Source: the human T2T-CHM13v2.0 reference genome, Homo sapiens. From it: 64,000 bases of DNA. The position numbers and the translations under genes were made by a program. Under the pieces are notes generated by a model. It did not search any database. It saw nothing but the letters and a program-made list of their open reading frames with translations, and was not told where the DNA came from. The stretch lies in the NCBI RefSeq assembly GCF_009914755.1, contig NC_060942.1. One strand, given 5' to 3'. Positions 1 to 14,595 of this stretch are shown piece after piece (position 1 is the first letter of the stretch; the number at the start of each line of letters is the position of its first letter).

Positions 1-370
1 TCATATTCTTTAATTTTATACTTCCATTGTGAACAATTCTGCAGTGGAAAAAATAATTCTATTTTTGTATTTTTGCTTTGAAAATAACCTATTTTATATA
101 ATTTATTTTTTCTAAATACACACGTATTTTATAAAGTTAATATATTGAAAAACACAAAGAAGAAAAGTTACCAAGAGTCACACTATCCAGATGGAACAGA
201 AAACATTTTGCTATCTTTTCTACATGTAAATACACATATGCATTTTTAAATTTGGAACATACAATAGTATACCATTGGTATACATAACATTGGGAAACAT
301 ACTTTTTTCATTTAACAACATGCTTAAAAACATTTCCCCTTTAATGATGGTTCTTCTAAAACCTGTTTTG

Positions 371-676
371 TTGTGTTTTTTGGGGTTTTTTTTGAGACAG
401 AGTTTCGCTCTTGTCACCCAGGCTGGAGTGCAGTGGCATGATCTCAACTCACTGCAACCTCTGCCTCCTGGGTTCAAGCAATTATCCTGCCTCAGCCTCC
501 TGAATAGCTGGAATTACAGGCATGTGTCATCACACCCAGCTTAATTTTGTACTTTTAGTAGAGACGGGGTTTTGCCATGTTGGCCAGGCTGGTCTCAAAC
601 TCCTGGCCTCAAGTGATCCACCTGCCTCGGCCTCCCAAAGTGCTGCAATTACAGGTGTGAGCCACCACACCCGGAG
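371..676 (-). mobile_element. AluS-type SINE
   Basis: Reverse-complement Alu dimer (gagacagagtttcgctc...gagccaccacacccgg) with degenerate T-rich tail; direct repeat taaaacctgtttt on both sides (TSD). Confidence 0.95.
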
Positions 677-1374
677 TTAAAACCTGTTTTCAAATAATTC
701 TGTGATGGTAGGTTATATTACTGTAGCAGCTTTTCACTTTCTGTTTCTCTAACATGGCTATTTGTATACCTCCAGAGGCTACAAGCATCATATTCTCAAG
801 GCTCTATGTGGCCTACTAATCTAGCATGTTCCAAATCTCCAAGTACAGAAGTCCAAACACATGGAATAAAAAGAACTTCCACACACTCCTATTGCCAAAT
901 CCACCAGTTTATCCACATTTGTGCCCACATAGTCTATGTTCTTTGCTGCCAAAGAGGATGAACCAATCTAACACCAACCCCCTCACCGTGCACTGGATCT
1001 CACTTGTGCCCTGGATCTCACTTCCTCAGGACTTCTCAGGGAATCTACTCTTGCCATTGTCACCTCTCTCCTGCATCATCGGTTTTTCTTTCTCTGATGG
1101 TCACCATTCAAAAATAACATCTCTCATCTTAAAAAGCTATGTTAGGCTATTTGTGGTGCTATGAAGAAATACCTGAGGCTGGGTAATTTATAAAGATAAA
1201 GGCTTTAATCAGCTCTCATTTCTGCAGGCTACGTAAGCATGACACCAACCTTTGCTTGGCTTCTGGTGAGGGCTTCGGCAAGCTTATGATCGTGGCAGAA
1301 GGCAAAGGGGGAAGATAGTGTATCACATGGCAAAAGAGGGAGCAAGGCAGGAGAGGTGCCACATTCTTTTAAAC

Positions 1375-1883
1375 CAGTGGTTCCCAACCTTATTGGCACC
1401 AGAGACCAGTTTCATGGAAGACAATTTTTCCAAAGACCAGGGTCGGGGGATGGTTTTGGAATTACTCAGGTATATTACATGTATTGTGCACCTTATTTCT
1501 ATTATTACATTGTAATATATAATGACATAATTATACAATTCATCATAATGTAGACTCAGTGGGTGCCCAGAGCTTGTTTTCCTGCAACTAGACAGTCCCA
1601 TCTGGGGGTGATGGGAGACAGTGACAGATCATCAGGCATTAGATTCTCATAAGGAGCATGCAACCTAGATCCTTCACTGCACAGTTCACGATAGAGAGCA
1701 TCTAATGCCCCTGCTGATCTGACAGGAGGTGGAGCTCAGGCTGTAACACAGGTGATGGGGAGTGGCTGTAAATACAGATGAAGCTTCACTTGCTTGCCCA
1801 CCGCTCACCTCCTGCTGTGCAACCTGGTTCCTAACAGGCCATGGATTGGTACTAGTCCCTGGCCCACGGGTTGGGGACCCATG
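1375..1883 (-). mobile_element. MER1A non-autonomous hAT-Charlie element inside an MST LTR
   Basis: TIR-like ends cagtggttcccaacc / ggttggggacccatg; perfect 8-bp TSD ttttaaac at 1367-1374 and 1884-1891; ends match, in reverse, the termini of the Charlie3 at 39735-42749. Confidence 0.92.
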
Positions 1884-3733
1884 TTTTAAACAATCAGATC
1901 TTGCATCAACTCAGAGCAAGAACTCACTCATTACCTTGAGGGACCAATCCATTCATGAGGGATCTGCCACCCATGACCCGAACAACTGCAACCAGGCCCC
2001 ACCTCCAACATTGGGGATTATACTGCAACATGCGATTTGGAGGGGACAAACATCCAAACTTCATCATTCCAACCCTGGTCCCCCAAATCTCATGTTCTTC
2101 TCACACTGCAAAATACAGTCATCACTTCCCAATAGTCTCTCAATATCTTAACTCATCCCAGCATCCACTCAAAAGTCCAAAGTCTCCTTTGAGACTAAAG
2201 ACAACTTCTTTCCACCTATGAACCTGTAAAATCAAGAACAAGTTATTTACTTCCAAGATATAATGGTGATACAGGCATTGGGTAAACATTCCCATTCCAA
2301 AAGGGAGACATTGGCCAAAAGAAAGGGGCAACAGGCCCCAAGCAAGTCTGAAACCCAGCAGCACAGTCATTAAATCTTAAAGTTCCAAAATAATCTCCTT
2401 TGACTCCATGTCTCCCTTCCATATCCCTGGGTGGATATTGAAGTACAAGTGGTGGGCTCCCAAGGCCTTGGGCAGCTCAGCCCCTGTGATTTTGCAGGGT
2501 ACAGCCCCCATGGTTACTCTCATTGGTTACAGTCTGATGCCTGGAGCTTTTCCAGGCTCAGGGTACAAGTTGCCAGTGGCTTTACCATCCTGGGGCCTGG
2601 AGGGCTGCAGCCCCCTTTCCACAGCTCCAGTAGGCAGTGCCCTGGGGGGAACTCTGTGTGGAGGTTCCAACTCCACATTTCCTCTCAGCACTGCCCTAGT
2701 AATCTCTTTGTGTAAATTCTGCCCCTGCAGCAAACTTCTGCTTAGGCACCCAAGCTTTCCCATTCATCCTCTGAAATCTAGGTGGAAGCTGCCAAGCCTC
2801 CTTCACTCTTGCATTCCATGTGCCTGCAGACTTAATACCACATGGAAGATGCCAAGGGCTTATGGCAGCTTGTGCTCTCCAAAGCAGTGGCTGGAACTGA
2901 TTTGGGACCCTCTGAGCCACAGTTGGAGCCAGAGCAGTGGGGATGCAGGAAGCAATGCCTCAAGGCTGCACAGGGCAGCTGGGCCCCAGGCCTGGCCCCC
3001 AAAAACATTCTTTCCTCCTAGGCCTCTGAGCCTGTGATGTAAGGGGGCTGCCTTGAAGATCTCTGAACAACCTTCAAGGCCTTTTTCCCATTTTCTTGGT
3101 TATTTACACCTGGCCCCCTTTCAGTCACGTTAATGTCTCTAGCAAGTGGTTGTTCCATAGCCCCTTGAATTTCTTCTCTACCAAAGGGCCAGGCTGCAAA
3201 TTTTCCAAACTATGCTGTGCTTCCCTTGTAATTATAAATTCCAACTCTAAGTCATTCCTTTGCTCCAATGTTTGATTGTAGGTTGTTAGCAGCAGCCAAA
3301 CCACCTCTTGAACACTTTGCTGCTTAGAAATTTTCTCCACCAGATACCCTAGGTCATTGCTCTCAAGTTCAAACTTCCACAAAGCCCTAGCATGGACACT
3401 ATGCAGCCAGGTTCTTTGCTAAGGCATAATATGAGTAACCTTTGCTCCAGTTCCTATAAATTCCTCCTTTCCATCTGAGACCATGTCAGCCCGGCCTTCA
3501 CCATCCATATTTCTATCAGCATTTTAGTCACAACCATTTAATCAGTCTCTAAGAAGTTCCAAACCTTCCCTCATCTTCCTGTCTTCTGATGACCCCTTCA
3601 AAATCTTCCAGGCTCTGCCTGTTACCCAGTTATGAACCCACTTCCACATTTTCAGGTATCGTTATAGCAACACCCCATACCTCAGTACCAATTTTTCGTG
3701 TTAGGCCATTTGCGTTGCTGTAAAGAAATACCT

Positions 3734-4265
<532 letters not shown>

Positions 4266-4865
4266 TCACTCATTAACAGGAGGAGGGCACCAAGCTATTC
4301 ATGAAGGATCCATCCCTATGACCCAAACACCCCACCAGGCCCTACCTCCAACATTGAAGATTACATTTAGACATGAGATTTGGAGGGGACAAACACCGAA
4401 ACTATATCACTTTCCCTTGTCTCTTCAGCCTCCCAAACCCACTCCTACCTCATTTGTCTGTACCCCTATTCCCTGTTTCCAATTCCACTCCTCCCATTCT
4501 CTCTAAAACAATAGGAGCAGGCTTCACTCCCATGCCATCAAAACTGCTCCTGTCAAGGTCACCAGTGACCTCCACATTACCTAACCTAGTGATCTCTTCC
4601 CATGCCATAGCTTAATCTCTGAGCAATATTTTACACTAACAATCACTCACACCTTCTCAAAACAGTTTCTTCATTGGACTTCTGGGACACAACACTGTCC
4701 TGCTACCTCACTGCTGCAATGCAGCACTCTCCTGCTACCTCACTGCTGGCTCCTACTCAGTCTCCTTTGCTGGTTCCTCCCAACTTCCTGATCTCTAAAC
4801 ACTGCAGGGAGCAGGAAGCAGGAAGCAGGACTCTTCCTTTCTCCATTCACACTCACTCTGTAGGT

Positions 4866-5050
4866 CAGTGATTTTCAACCCTGGTTTATCTTAGACTGAC
4901 TTGGAGAGCTTTTAAAATTTCCAGTGCCTGGAACTGACCCTCCCTCCCCCAGAGTTACAATCTAATTGGTCTAGGATGAGGGCCAGTCATCCATGCATTT
5001 TTTAAGCTCTCATGATGATTCCAATACATAGCCAAGGTTAAGAACGACTG
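4866..5050. mobile_element. MER5-family hAT-Charlie MITE
   Basis: cagtgattttcaaccctgg...ccaaggttaagaacgactg termini and ggagagcttttaaaa core. Confidence 0.7.
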
Positions 5051-8000
5051 GCCTAGGATCTAGGTGTTCTCATCTAGTCCATGGCTTTAAATTAAATCAA
5101 TACAATGACAATTCTGAAATTGTATACATCCAGCCTGAAGTGTTCTCCTGAACTCCAGATTTGACAAACTAACATCTTGACATCTCCACCTGGATGCCTA
5201 ACAGACATCTCAAACTTAACATGCCTGAAAATGAACTCTTGATTTTCCTTCCATCCAAAACCTGCTCCTTCTGCAGTCTTCTGCCTCTCAAAAAAATAGC
5301 TAGCCCAATCTTCCAGTTGCCCAACACAAAACACTGGCATCATCCCTGACATTTCTTTCTCTCTCTCTCACTGCATTTCAATCTATCAGTAAATCCTGTT
5401 GACTCTACTTTCAAAATATATCCAAGGTTCAGTCACTTCTCATCACCTCCATCAACTGTATCACTCCCATCCTGACCCCAGTTGTCATTGCTGGTAGAGC
5501 CTCCCAACTGGTCTCACTGTTTTTGCCTTTCCTTCACTAGTCTGTCCTCAACACAGCTGCTGAGTGATGCTTTTAAAAGCACATCAAGTCATGTCACCCC
5601 TCTGCTCCAAGCCCTCCAGTGGCTTCCCTTCTCACTCACAGAAACAGCTGGAAGTCTTTCTATGACTGCCCCAATCTGCCCTGGCCCACCACATTTCTCT
5701 AAGCTCATCTTCTGTCACTCTTATTACTCACTCAGATCCTGCCACCGTCATCTTTGCTAATCCTTGAACAAATATAGCATATTCCCATCTTAGGACTTTT
5801 GTACCTGCTATTCCTTTCACCTAGATTTTTCTTCTCCCAGGTATCTGCAGGCCCTGACTCCTCACTTCCTTAAAGACCCTGTCCAAATGGTACCTTATGA
5901 AAGAGACCTTCCCTGACCACCCTAAATAGGAGAGTTCTGCCTTCCCCATCACTGCCAGCCCCTATTCAAATACAGTGCTTTGTTTTCTCCATAACATCTC
6001 TTGCCACTGACATATACATTTGTTTCTATACTGATTATCTATGCACACTAGACTGTAAGCTCCATAGGAGATGACCTTTGTCAGTTTTGTTCACTGCAGA
6101 ATCTCTACCTACTAGAACAGGCCTGACACATGGTACACATTTAGTGGACATCTGCTGAATGAATCAAAAAACAAAGCTATGGTGAACCAAGAGCTGGAAG
6201 GCAGAATAATGCCAATTCAATTGAATCTTTCAAGGCTCTTAGAGGTCATTTGCTATAACTTTATCATGTCACTTTGAGAAAACCAATTTGGAGCCATTGA
6301 GAGATCTACTGAAAACTCACTGCAAGTTACTAGTAGAAACTAGAATGCTAGCCTCCCAGACTACTTTCTTCCAATATGCCATCATCTCTCTTAGTGTTCC
6401 CCCAAATTACTCTCTTCTTTATTAATCATGCCTTTCATCTTAGGATAATTCAACCTTTAAAAAAGTATTCTTACATTATCATCACTAAGCTAAGGTATTG
6501 AACTCAACTCAAAGAAAGAAACTGAGAACCAATGAAAGAGGAATTTCAAAGACACTCAAACAAATAACGAAGCTTAGAATTAAATAGAAAATGGGAAAGG
6601 TCTTTCCTACCACTTAATCCACATCCCTGCTTCCATGCCAAACTAAAGTCATCACATGCCCCCTTCCATTTGCCTTTCATTGTTCCCATTAATAGATTAG
6701 AAAATTGAGGCAGAGACTAAGAAGAGAGAATTGTCCAGTAAAACTAACATAGAAATGCAATTTCGTGGTGGCTTATGGTCATGATTACACAGAGACATTT
6801 ACTGAAGAGGAATAAATGAGGAGGCATTTCATATCTAATAACCCAACTTTCATCTCTAGTCACTTCAAGTATTTAGTATGTGTGAAGGAGAAGGACACTA
6901 GAAAACATGTCAAGCTGGCTTACAGGCACCAGATCTGAGAACTGGAGGATTTCTTTAACCATTCAAGTTCTGTTCATTTGCTATAAACAGCAAATCTGGC
7001 TCTTAGCCCCACTCTTACAGTGGAAGATTAACATGATAACAGTTGCATGACTTCCTCTCCCTAAAGATTCATCTTTAACTTCCTTTGGCTAAATCACAAA
7101 GTGTGTTTTTCATTTATTGTTGAGCGAAAGAGAGAATGTAGTTTCTTATAACCATCCCCCCAATTAAAAAAACACTCAGCTTAAGAAAACAAACTTAAGC
7201 AATAGTCATTTTTCAATTTGTCTATAAAAGTAGACATTTTAAATTTTTCATTACAGAGAAAAGTTTTTATTTATTTTAATACCACTTGAAATAGTTTCAA
7301 AGTGTTGGGAAATAAGTGCATGAATCAAAGGCATATCCAAAGAATCCTGTAAATTTCAGTGAAATCCTGTTTGCCACAGATTTGGAGCATTTTTCCTCTG
7401 TCCTTTTGAACTTGTTTCTGTTCTGCTGCTCTTGCAAAATATCCTTATGTATAGTTTAAGACCTCTGGCGGGGAAGTTCTCTTCATAGCTCACTTGCAAA
7501 TCATTCAGTGAATGGGTAGAGATGTCTGTGGGTGGGGAAGGGAGCTGAGTAATCTTCATATCAGCCTGGTTCCTTTTTTCCCCAAGATCCTAAAAGAGCA
7601 TTACAGACCCAGAGACAGCTGGCCTTATTTGTAAGAAAATTCAAATCTAACAGAAGCTCCCAGTACCAATATATAGAATATGGATAGGCACAGGCCTTCA
7701 AATCCCACTGGCCTTTAAAATGTAAATAGTACTAGCGATCATGAGTGCAATAAAAACATGTGAGTAGGGAGTAGGGGGAGGGAATGGGACTAGGATGAAT
7801 GGATCCTCTTTTGACTCCAATCTCTGTTTTAATATTGAAGGCATGGAGTTTTTATCACCCAATCCCAGCCTACAGCTGATGGCTAAAATTCTGGCCACCC
7901 AAGAAGAATCTTAAAAATATAATGAAAATATATTGTTAACAAATGGTCTTCTAAGATTTGGTAGTGTCTGCACACACTGTGGGGCTAGACTTCTCAGTGC

Positions 8001-11000
8001 CTAACATCAGGAATATCCTTAACCCATCTGGAGACTTGTCAACGCTACTTAAGAAGGTCCTTGGGGCCCCATCCCAAATTTGAGAGTCTTTCCTCTCTGA
8101 AATCCAAAGGGGGAGCGAGAGTCATTTATCTAGAAAATATATGACCAACGGTTGAAACTTGGCATGATGTCAACTCAAGTATTCTCTTACTAGGCACACA
8201 AAAAAAGTCATTTGGAGAAGACAAGGCACCTGGAAACACTTCTATTCTGCCTTGATTCAATTCAATAGGTATTTACTGAATTGAACAATACATATTTCTA
8301 GGCTTGTTGACCCTTCTCAACACCATAACCTAATGTGGACAACGGGTCTTATGAATAAAACATATGTAACCATCTCCGCTGAAGAAGTCAAACGTTTATG
8401 ACCCCCAGAATTCTGAGCTTCTGGTCCTGCAGTCCAGGCATCTTAAAGACTTCCGGCGTTCTGCTAGTGTTACATTCATTCATTCCATCATAACTAGCAA
8501 GCTTTTAGGGCAAAGAATGAGGATTCTTCCTTTGGTGAAACTAGGTTTGCCATAACTGTCTACTCACTAGCACTCCTTAGGTCACAAGTCACTACATCTA
8601 GACAAGGGAAAAATTCAAGTGACTCCTTCATGTAGTTGTCATTGAAAGATGCTAACAAGAGACCATTTTCCCAGGGCCATTGACAATAAGATGTTTTGCT
8701 GAGCATGCAGTTGACATGAACTCCACACACAGACACCTTCGGCCAACTGTCAGCACATTTGAAATTCACACCTTCCTGCCTGTCATCCATCATTTCTCTT
8801 CATGGCTCCCAGCAAAGATGACTCCAGGCTTTCTTGAATTTGTGCACAGGTTGCTGTTTAAGCTTCCCCCAATCACTGAGTGGGTTTGTATTGCCTCCTC
8901 ACCTAGATACCTCTCCTACCATTGGAGACTGCGCCATCATTTACTTCCCAAAAAAGAAGACTCTGGGGACATGCTAAATATATAGCAGGTATTCAAAAAT
9001 TCTTTCTGGATAGATGAATGAATGAGTGAGTGAGTGAACAAATGACCATGCCTGCATTCATTCCTCCCTAACCATGTATTCCCTATCTTCCATGGCTTTC
9101 ATTGACTTAAAATATTATTTTGTATTTTCTTTGCTTTCAAGAAGCAGAGTAAATTCTATAATTTCTTTTCTTCCATATTCTTTCTCTTAACCTCTCATAC
9201 CGATCTTATCTTGTATTCAGGGCTCATGGCTTCTCATGTCACCACGTTATCGCCCATGTGGATGGGGTTTGTGCCTGCCTTTGAAAGTGATCCCGAACCG
9301 AACTCCAGAGGCACCTCCTTTTCATGACTCCTCACCTCCCAGCCGCCCCTGATGCCCATTTTCTGGTGGTACCATGAAGCCTCCCACATCTGAATTACCT
9401 TGCCCTGTATATTTGCACATTTGCACATATGTTAACATAAACTTCAAGCTCCTCCAAACCAACAAAGAGAATCCTCTGTCACTGCTATACAAAAACACCT
9501 TCCAGAGTATAACGCTGGGTTTAAAACAATGGTAGGATCACACCCACTAAAAGACAAGGAGGGTAGGGTGAAGGAATCTCAAATGTTTTGAGAGGATAAT
9601 AGAAATTGTGCCAGGAAAATGGAATCACCTGTATTGTCACCAATATTATAGGTCCTATATCATTTTTCAAATTTTTGGTAATATAATAATATAACTTCTA
9701 TAATGGGAAATAAATATGCTTAAATGGTACTCAAAATATCATCTAAGCAACAGGATTTGTTTTCTCTAATTTCTAATCCTGATACTCATGCCTGCCTCAA
9801 ATTACCAACTATCAGGGTTTTGGGAAATTTACAGAGATCTTAGAAATACTCTCAGTTCATAGATCTTTTCACTGAAGCTGAAGAAAAGAGAAAACAGAAA
9901 CTAAGGTCTTTGCCATTTGACTCTACTCATGCTACGGCAGCAGACTGCATCTTCTCGCTCTTTAGTGGTAATCCACATTGCTGGGTCCCTCCCACTTTTC
10001 TTAATAACCACTGGCGGTGGCAAGTTTCCCTGACTCAGACAGGCAGTGCTCATCGCGGAGAGGGCCTCCGACATTTGACTGGCCTTGTAACTGGTGAGTC
10101 ATGAATTCCCTGGGCTTTAGTTTCTTCATTTGTAAAGGGAAGCTTTATGGAGTCTTTGGGAGGATTGAATGAAATATGCAAAAACACTTTGTAAATGACT
10201 GATTCCTAAGCCCAATATTGAATGCTTAGTACGTGACAATCTCTGCGCTGAGAATTCCACATGCCTCACTTCAGCTCATCTGAGTGTCAGCGCTACATAG
10301 GGAAGTTCTCGGGGCTCATCCCACATTCAAAGTCCTTTTCCCTCTTTGAAATCTCAATATGGGGCTATTGCATTTATCTAGAAAACACTTAAGCAATAGT
10401 TAAACCTTTTATTTTGAAGAATAAGAAACTTGGCTAAGATAGGTTACTTACTTACCTATGGCCACACAGCTAGCACATGCAAAGCCTGGGATTAAACCAG
10501 GTCTATCTGACTTCAAACTTTTAATCACGATCCAATTTTTTGTTGCAGAATTCCTTTAAGAGCTCTAAATTAATAAGTGGTGAGATGGCATGAAAACTCT
10601 TTATTCTTTTCCTTTTCCACAAGCATTTTGAGAAATCAAAATGGTAATGTACATTACGATATTTGGAAAGCCATAAAGGGCTAAACAAGAGTAGGTTACA
10701 TCAGTCAATCACTACTCACCCACAATAAAGGGGTGGCTATGTTGTTTATACGATTTTACTATTAAGGCAATGTCTTGAGTGAATATAATTTATTTCTGTT
10801 TATAGAAAGCCTAACAGCCTCGAGGGGAATTGCTTATTGAGATGTGAGCCATGGATTACTTCATGTTTTGTATAGTACAGTCACAGTTTTAAAAAACAAT
10901 CTAGAATTCCCTGCAACTGGCAATTTCATTGCTGTATGGCCTGAAATGCCTCCATGCCCAGGTAACGTTGGGGATCCCTTAAAACCTCTCCCTGTATCGG

Positions 11001-12138
11001 CTCCAAGCACTGGCTCCCTTTAACCCCTAAGCCCTCACAGAACAATAAAAAATAATATACCTTTATTCAACACTCTTACATTTTCAAAGTCCTTTCTTTA
11101 TCATTTGATATTTGCAGGAATGCTGAAGTTATCTGAGCGGGTACTTGGCCTCATTTTATATGAAGGAAATTTAAATGCAGAAAGACTAAGAGATTCATCT
11201 ATGTTTCCATAGACGGAGTATGCTGCAGTTGAGATGTGAATTCAGGACACGTGAATGTCCACAGTTTTGCACTCTCCTATTGATCTGCTTTTACGGGATT
11301 TCATCTTGGTTGCTATGCTACCTCTCACAGAAGCATCTGCATTTATTCGCTTCCATTCTAGTCAACAAAAACTTATGGAGAATTGACTTTGTACCAGGGA
11401 TCTTTTAGGTGAGGAAACTGAAAGAGGAAAAAGACATAGTCTCTGCACTAAAAGAGCTCCCAGTCTATAGAGGGGACAGACACACCTACCTACTGGACAA
11501 CAGACCCTCATGTAGTAAACTAGAGAACTATTCTAAAACTTCCAAATGGTAGAATGAAAGGCTTTATACCAGTTAAAGGAGTTTAGACATCAGCTGGCAG
11601 CTGGGGAGTGGTCTGGTGATATGACAGTGGACACTTGGGCTGCCTGAGAGGAGCATGCGTTGGTCACATAAGGTTGCCTGGGCAGAGATCAGAAGAGATG
11701 GACCTGGTGTCTCTCTCCCAGTTTCCTGTATTCCCCAGGCATGACAAGCCCACCCTCTGTGACTGCTGGTGGTCTGGTCCTGGTAAGTGGTCCATCTGCC
11801 TCTTCCAACCACAGCTTTTATCCCCATCACAGACTCTGGGCCTACCAAATCCCTTCTGCAATCCCCAGCTCCCAGGGCCCAAGAGTCCAGTGTGCTCTCT
11901 CAGCCTCTCTCCCCTTTCATCCATAGGCAGACTGGATCCTTGTGCTAGAAATCCTTCCAGAACCAGCAATCTGGGCCCCATCTTTTTCTCTGGCAACAGA
12001 AAAAGGCAGAATACACAGCCCAGGAAGAACTCTGGCAGGAAACCCCTGAAGGGTGACCCAGAACACCTTAGGTCTTGGAAAATGGACAGGGAGTCTGGAA
12101 ACATGGCCCCAGGTGCTGGCTGCACAGATCTTTGCTTT

Positions 12139-12523
12139 GTTTTTTTTTAAGTGTATTATTTTTATGTTAATTTTTTTATTTCCATAGGTTTTTGGAAAAC
12201 AGGTGGTGTTTGGTTCCATGAGTAAGTTCCTTAGTGGTGATTTCTGAGATTTTGGTGCACCCTTCACCCAAGCAGTGTACACTGCACCCAATTTGTAGTC
12301 TTATCCTCATCTCTCACCTTATACAAAAATCAACTCAAGATGGATCAAGCACTTAAAATCTAAGACCTGAAACTATAAAAATTCTAGAAGATAACATCAG
12401 AAAAACCCTTCTAGACATTGGCTTAGGCAAAGACTTCATGACCAAGGACCCAAAAGCAAATGCAACAAAAACAAAGATAAATAGGTGAGACTTAATTAAA
12501 CTAAAGAGCTTCTGCACAGCAAA
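12139..12523 (-). mobile_element. Short L1PB1-like insertion with 5' inversion
   Basis: Minus-strand L1PB 3' end (12139-12304) joined to a plus-strand ORF2 piece (12305-12523); imperfect TSD agatctttgcttt / aaatccttgcttt. Confidence 0.85.
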
Positions 12524-12569
12524 AAATCCTTGCTTTTTAATATGTGCCAGTGTGTATGGGTGGAGAAAG

Positions 12570-13010
12570 AGTGGGGTGGCCATGAAAATGCACCATGCAG
12601 CTCTTCTGCTGTGGGGGGCAGAGTTGACTGACGACCTCAGCCACTGCCCTGCTGGGTCCACCGCTGTGGCTATGTCAAAACCTAAGCCATGCTGCCAGCA
12701 ATTTGCTCCCAATCAACCCCAAGCACAGCAGGGAGTGAGTGCAGGCCCACTCCTGTGAGAATCAGGGCTCCTCTAATAGGTGCCTGGGCTCGAGGACATC
12801 CCAGAGGCCTGGCCAAAGCTTTCTTGAAACTGCTCTAGAGTCTGGGACCCTTCCTATCCAATCTTCCTTTGTTCCCGTCTCCTCTGCAGGTGTGAGGCTG
12901 CATCTGGGTCTGACGACTCTCGCTGCCCCCTCCCCTTTATCCTTCACAGGTGTTTCTTGTGCACATCGATGCACATCCTGGCATCTGCTTCTTGGAGGAC
13001 CAGAATTTAC
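12570..13010 (+). mobile_element. LTR16-family (ERVL) solo LTR
   Basis: 3' portion ccctttatccttcacagg...ggcatctgcttcttggaggacc...aca resembles the LTR16 end. Confidence 0.7.
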
Positions 13011-13369
13011 ACTGTATTTGATGAAACTTAAATTAATCTAAACTGTGATAACGACACTTTATACATCATCCTGAGCTAAGAAATTCGAAGCAAAAAAGTC
13101 ATAAAAATAAGGCTTGGTAGTAACACAAGTAATAACAATTACAGGAATTTATAGAAACTGCTTACCATTTATGCCTAATTACCATACAGAGCAACAGCAA
13201 TTATACAGATTATTAAATACAGGTCAAATTAACATTGTTGAGGGTAGAGTGTACTCGATTTAAGATGTGGATTCAGGACACTCAGATGTAGTAATCCATA
13301 TTGATTACGGCACTGAATTCTGTTCTTCCAATCTTCTAAAAATGACTAAGACAAATTTTTTAAGATTAG

Positions 13370-13529
13370 AGAGTGGGTGGCATGGATGATGAGAAATTAC
13401 TTAATGGGTACGATGTACATTATTTGGGTGATGAACACCCTAAAAGCCTTCACCACTACACAATCTATGCATGAAACAAAACTGCATTTCTACCTCATAC
13501 ATTTATACAAAACAAAGCAAAAATAAAAA
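13370..13529 (+). mobile_element. L1PB3/4-like 3' end fragment
   Basis: gagaaattacttaatgggtacgatgtacattatttgggtgatg...atttatacaaaa followed by an A-rich tail. Confidence 0.75.
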
Positions 13530-14595
13530 CTGGAGGAAACAATGTGGCAAAGACCAATTTTCTTCAAAATCCACATAACGGCAAGGGACAAACTTTAACA
13601 GTTCCACCTGAATAAACTTACCAGCAAAGATTTGTCCTTCTTGTGCCTCACCCTGGGTTATGAGATTTCAAGTATAAGCAAAGAAACTACCTTCATTTCT
13701 TAAGGGTTATCTTTTCAAATGTGTTTTGAAAACCAAATCCTGCCTATCTGGGATTGCTCCATATTCTCTAGTGAAAACAGCTTCATAAAGTGATTCATCC
13801 TCTCCAGGCCACCTGAGCCCATGCCTGGAAATGTGGTCCTCTTATTTGCTAACAAATAAGGGCTTACTCAGGACCTGGACCAACAAACAGGCAATGGCTT
13901 GCACTACCTGAGCCATGGAGCCCACAAGTTCAGGATTTAATCTGCAAAATCCAGGCAGCTGCTACCAAGTGTAATCGTGCCCCATCTGTGAACACCTGGG
14001 CTTCTCACCTTCTTCACAGTGCCACCAGGTGTGAGATAGTACCATCCCTGGGTCACAGACAAAGTGCGACAGGAAAGGCCAGAAGTTCACAAGGTATGCT
14101 ATGAACATACAAGATGACGGTAAGACTACAAATCCTACCTCGGGGAGCATCGCTCAGCTCTTCTTAGCTTACAGGTTTGGACACCATGTCTCAGCTACCC
14201 TTGACTAAGGCTGAGAGACCAGGATGGGCATCTGCCCAGAAGGCTCCGGGGGCTTCTAACACAAGGTAGAAACTGCCAAGTAGACCACTTTTATGCAATA
14301 AACCTTCAGCAGGCTGGTGGAGAATGGGAGTAACCTTTCTTGAAGGTCTATCTTGAAGATAATCATCCAGGCCTTATGTTGGGCATTTTGTCATTTTACC
14401 ATCTTTAACTCTTACCACAGCCTCTTTTCCTGATGAAGACAGTTAGGGCCAAAGAAGTTTAAATAACTTACTCAGGTCACTCAGACAGGAAATGGCAAAA
14501 TCAGAACTGGAACGAGCTGCTTAACTCCAACTTCTCTTTCTACTTCGTATTAACTCTTAGGAGTCTTTGAAGAAGAAGGAAATTTGGGTCACATA

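Noticed and set aside
2408-3037. 209-aa ORF as a cellular gene
   Set aside because: Lies wholly within the MST internal region, antisense to the element, with no recognisable domain.
9221-9428. CpG-containing stretch after an AG as a coding exon
   Set aside because: The frames I translated give no recognisable peptide and close with stops.
11573-12150. 171-aa and 153-aa overlapping ORFs
   Set aside because: No known homology recognised; locally GC-richer DNA gives long chance frames, and the ORF runs into an L1 tail.
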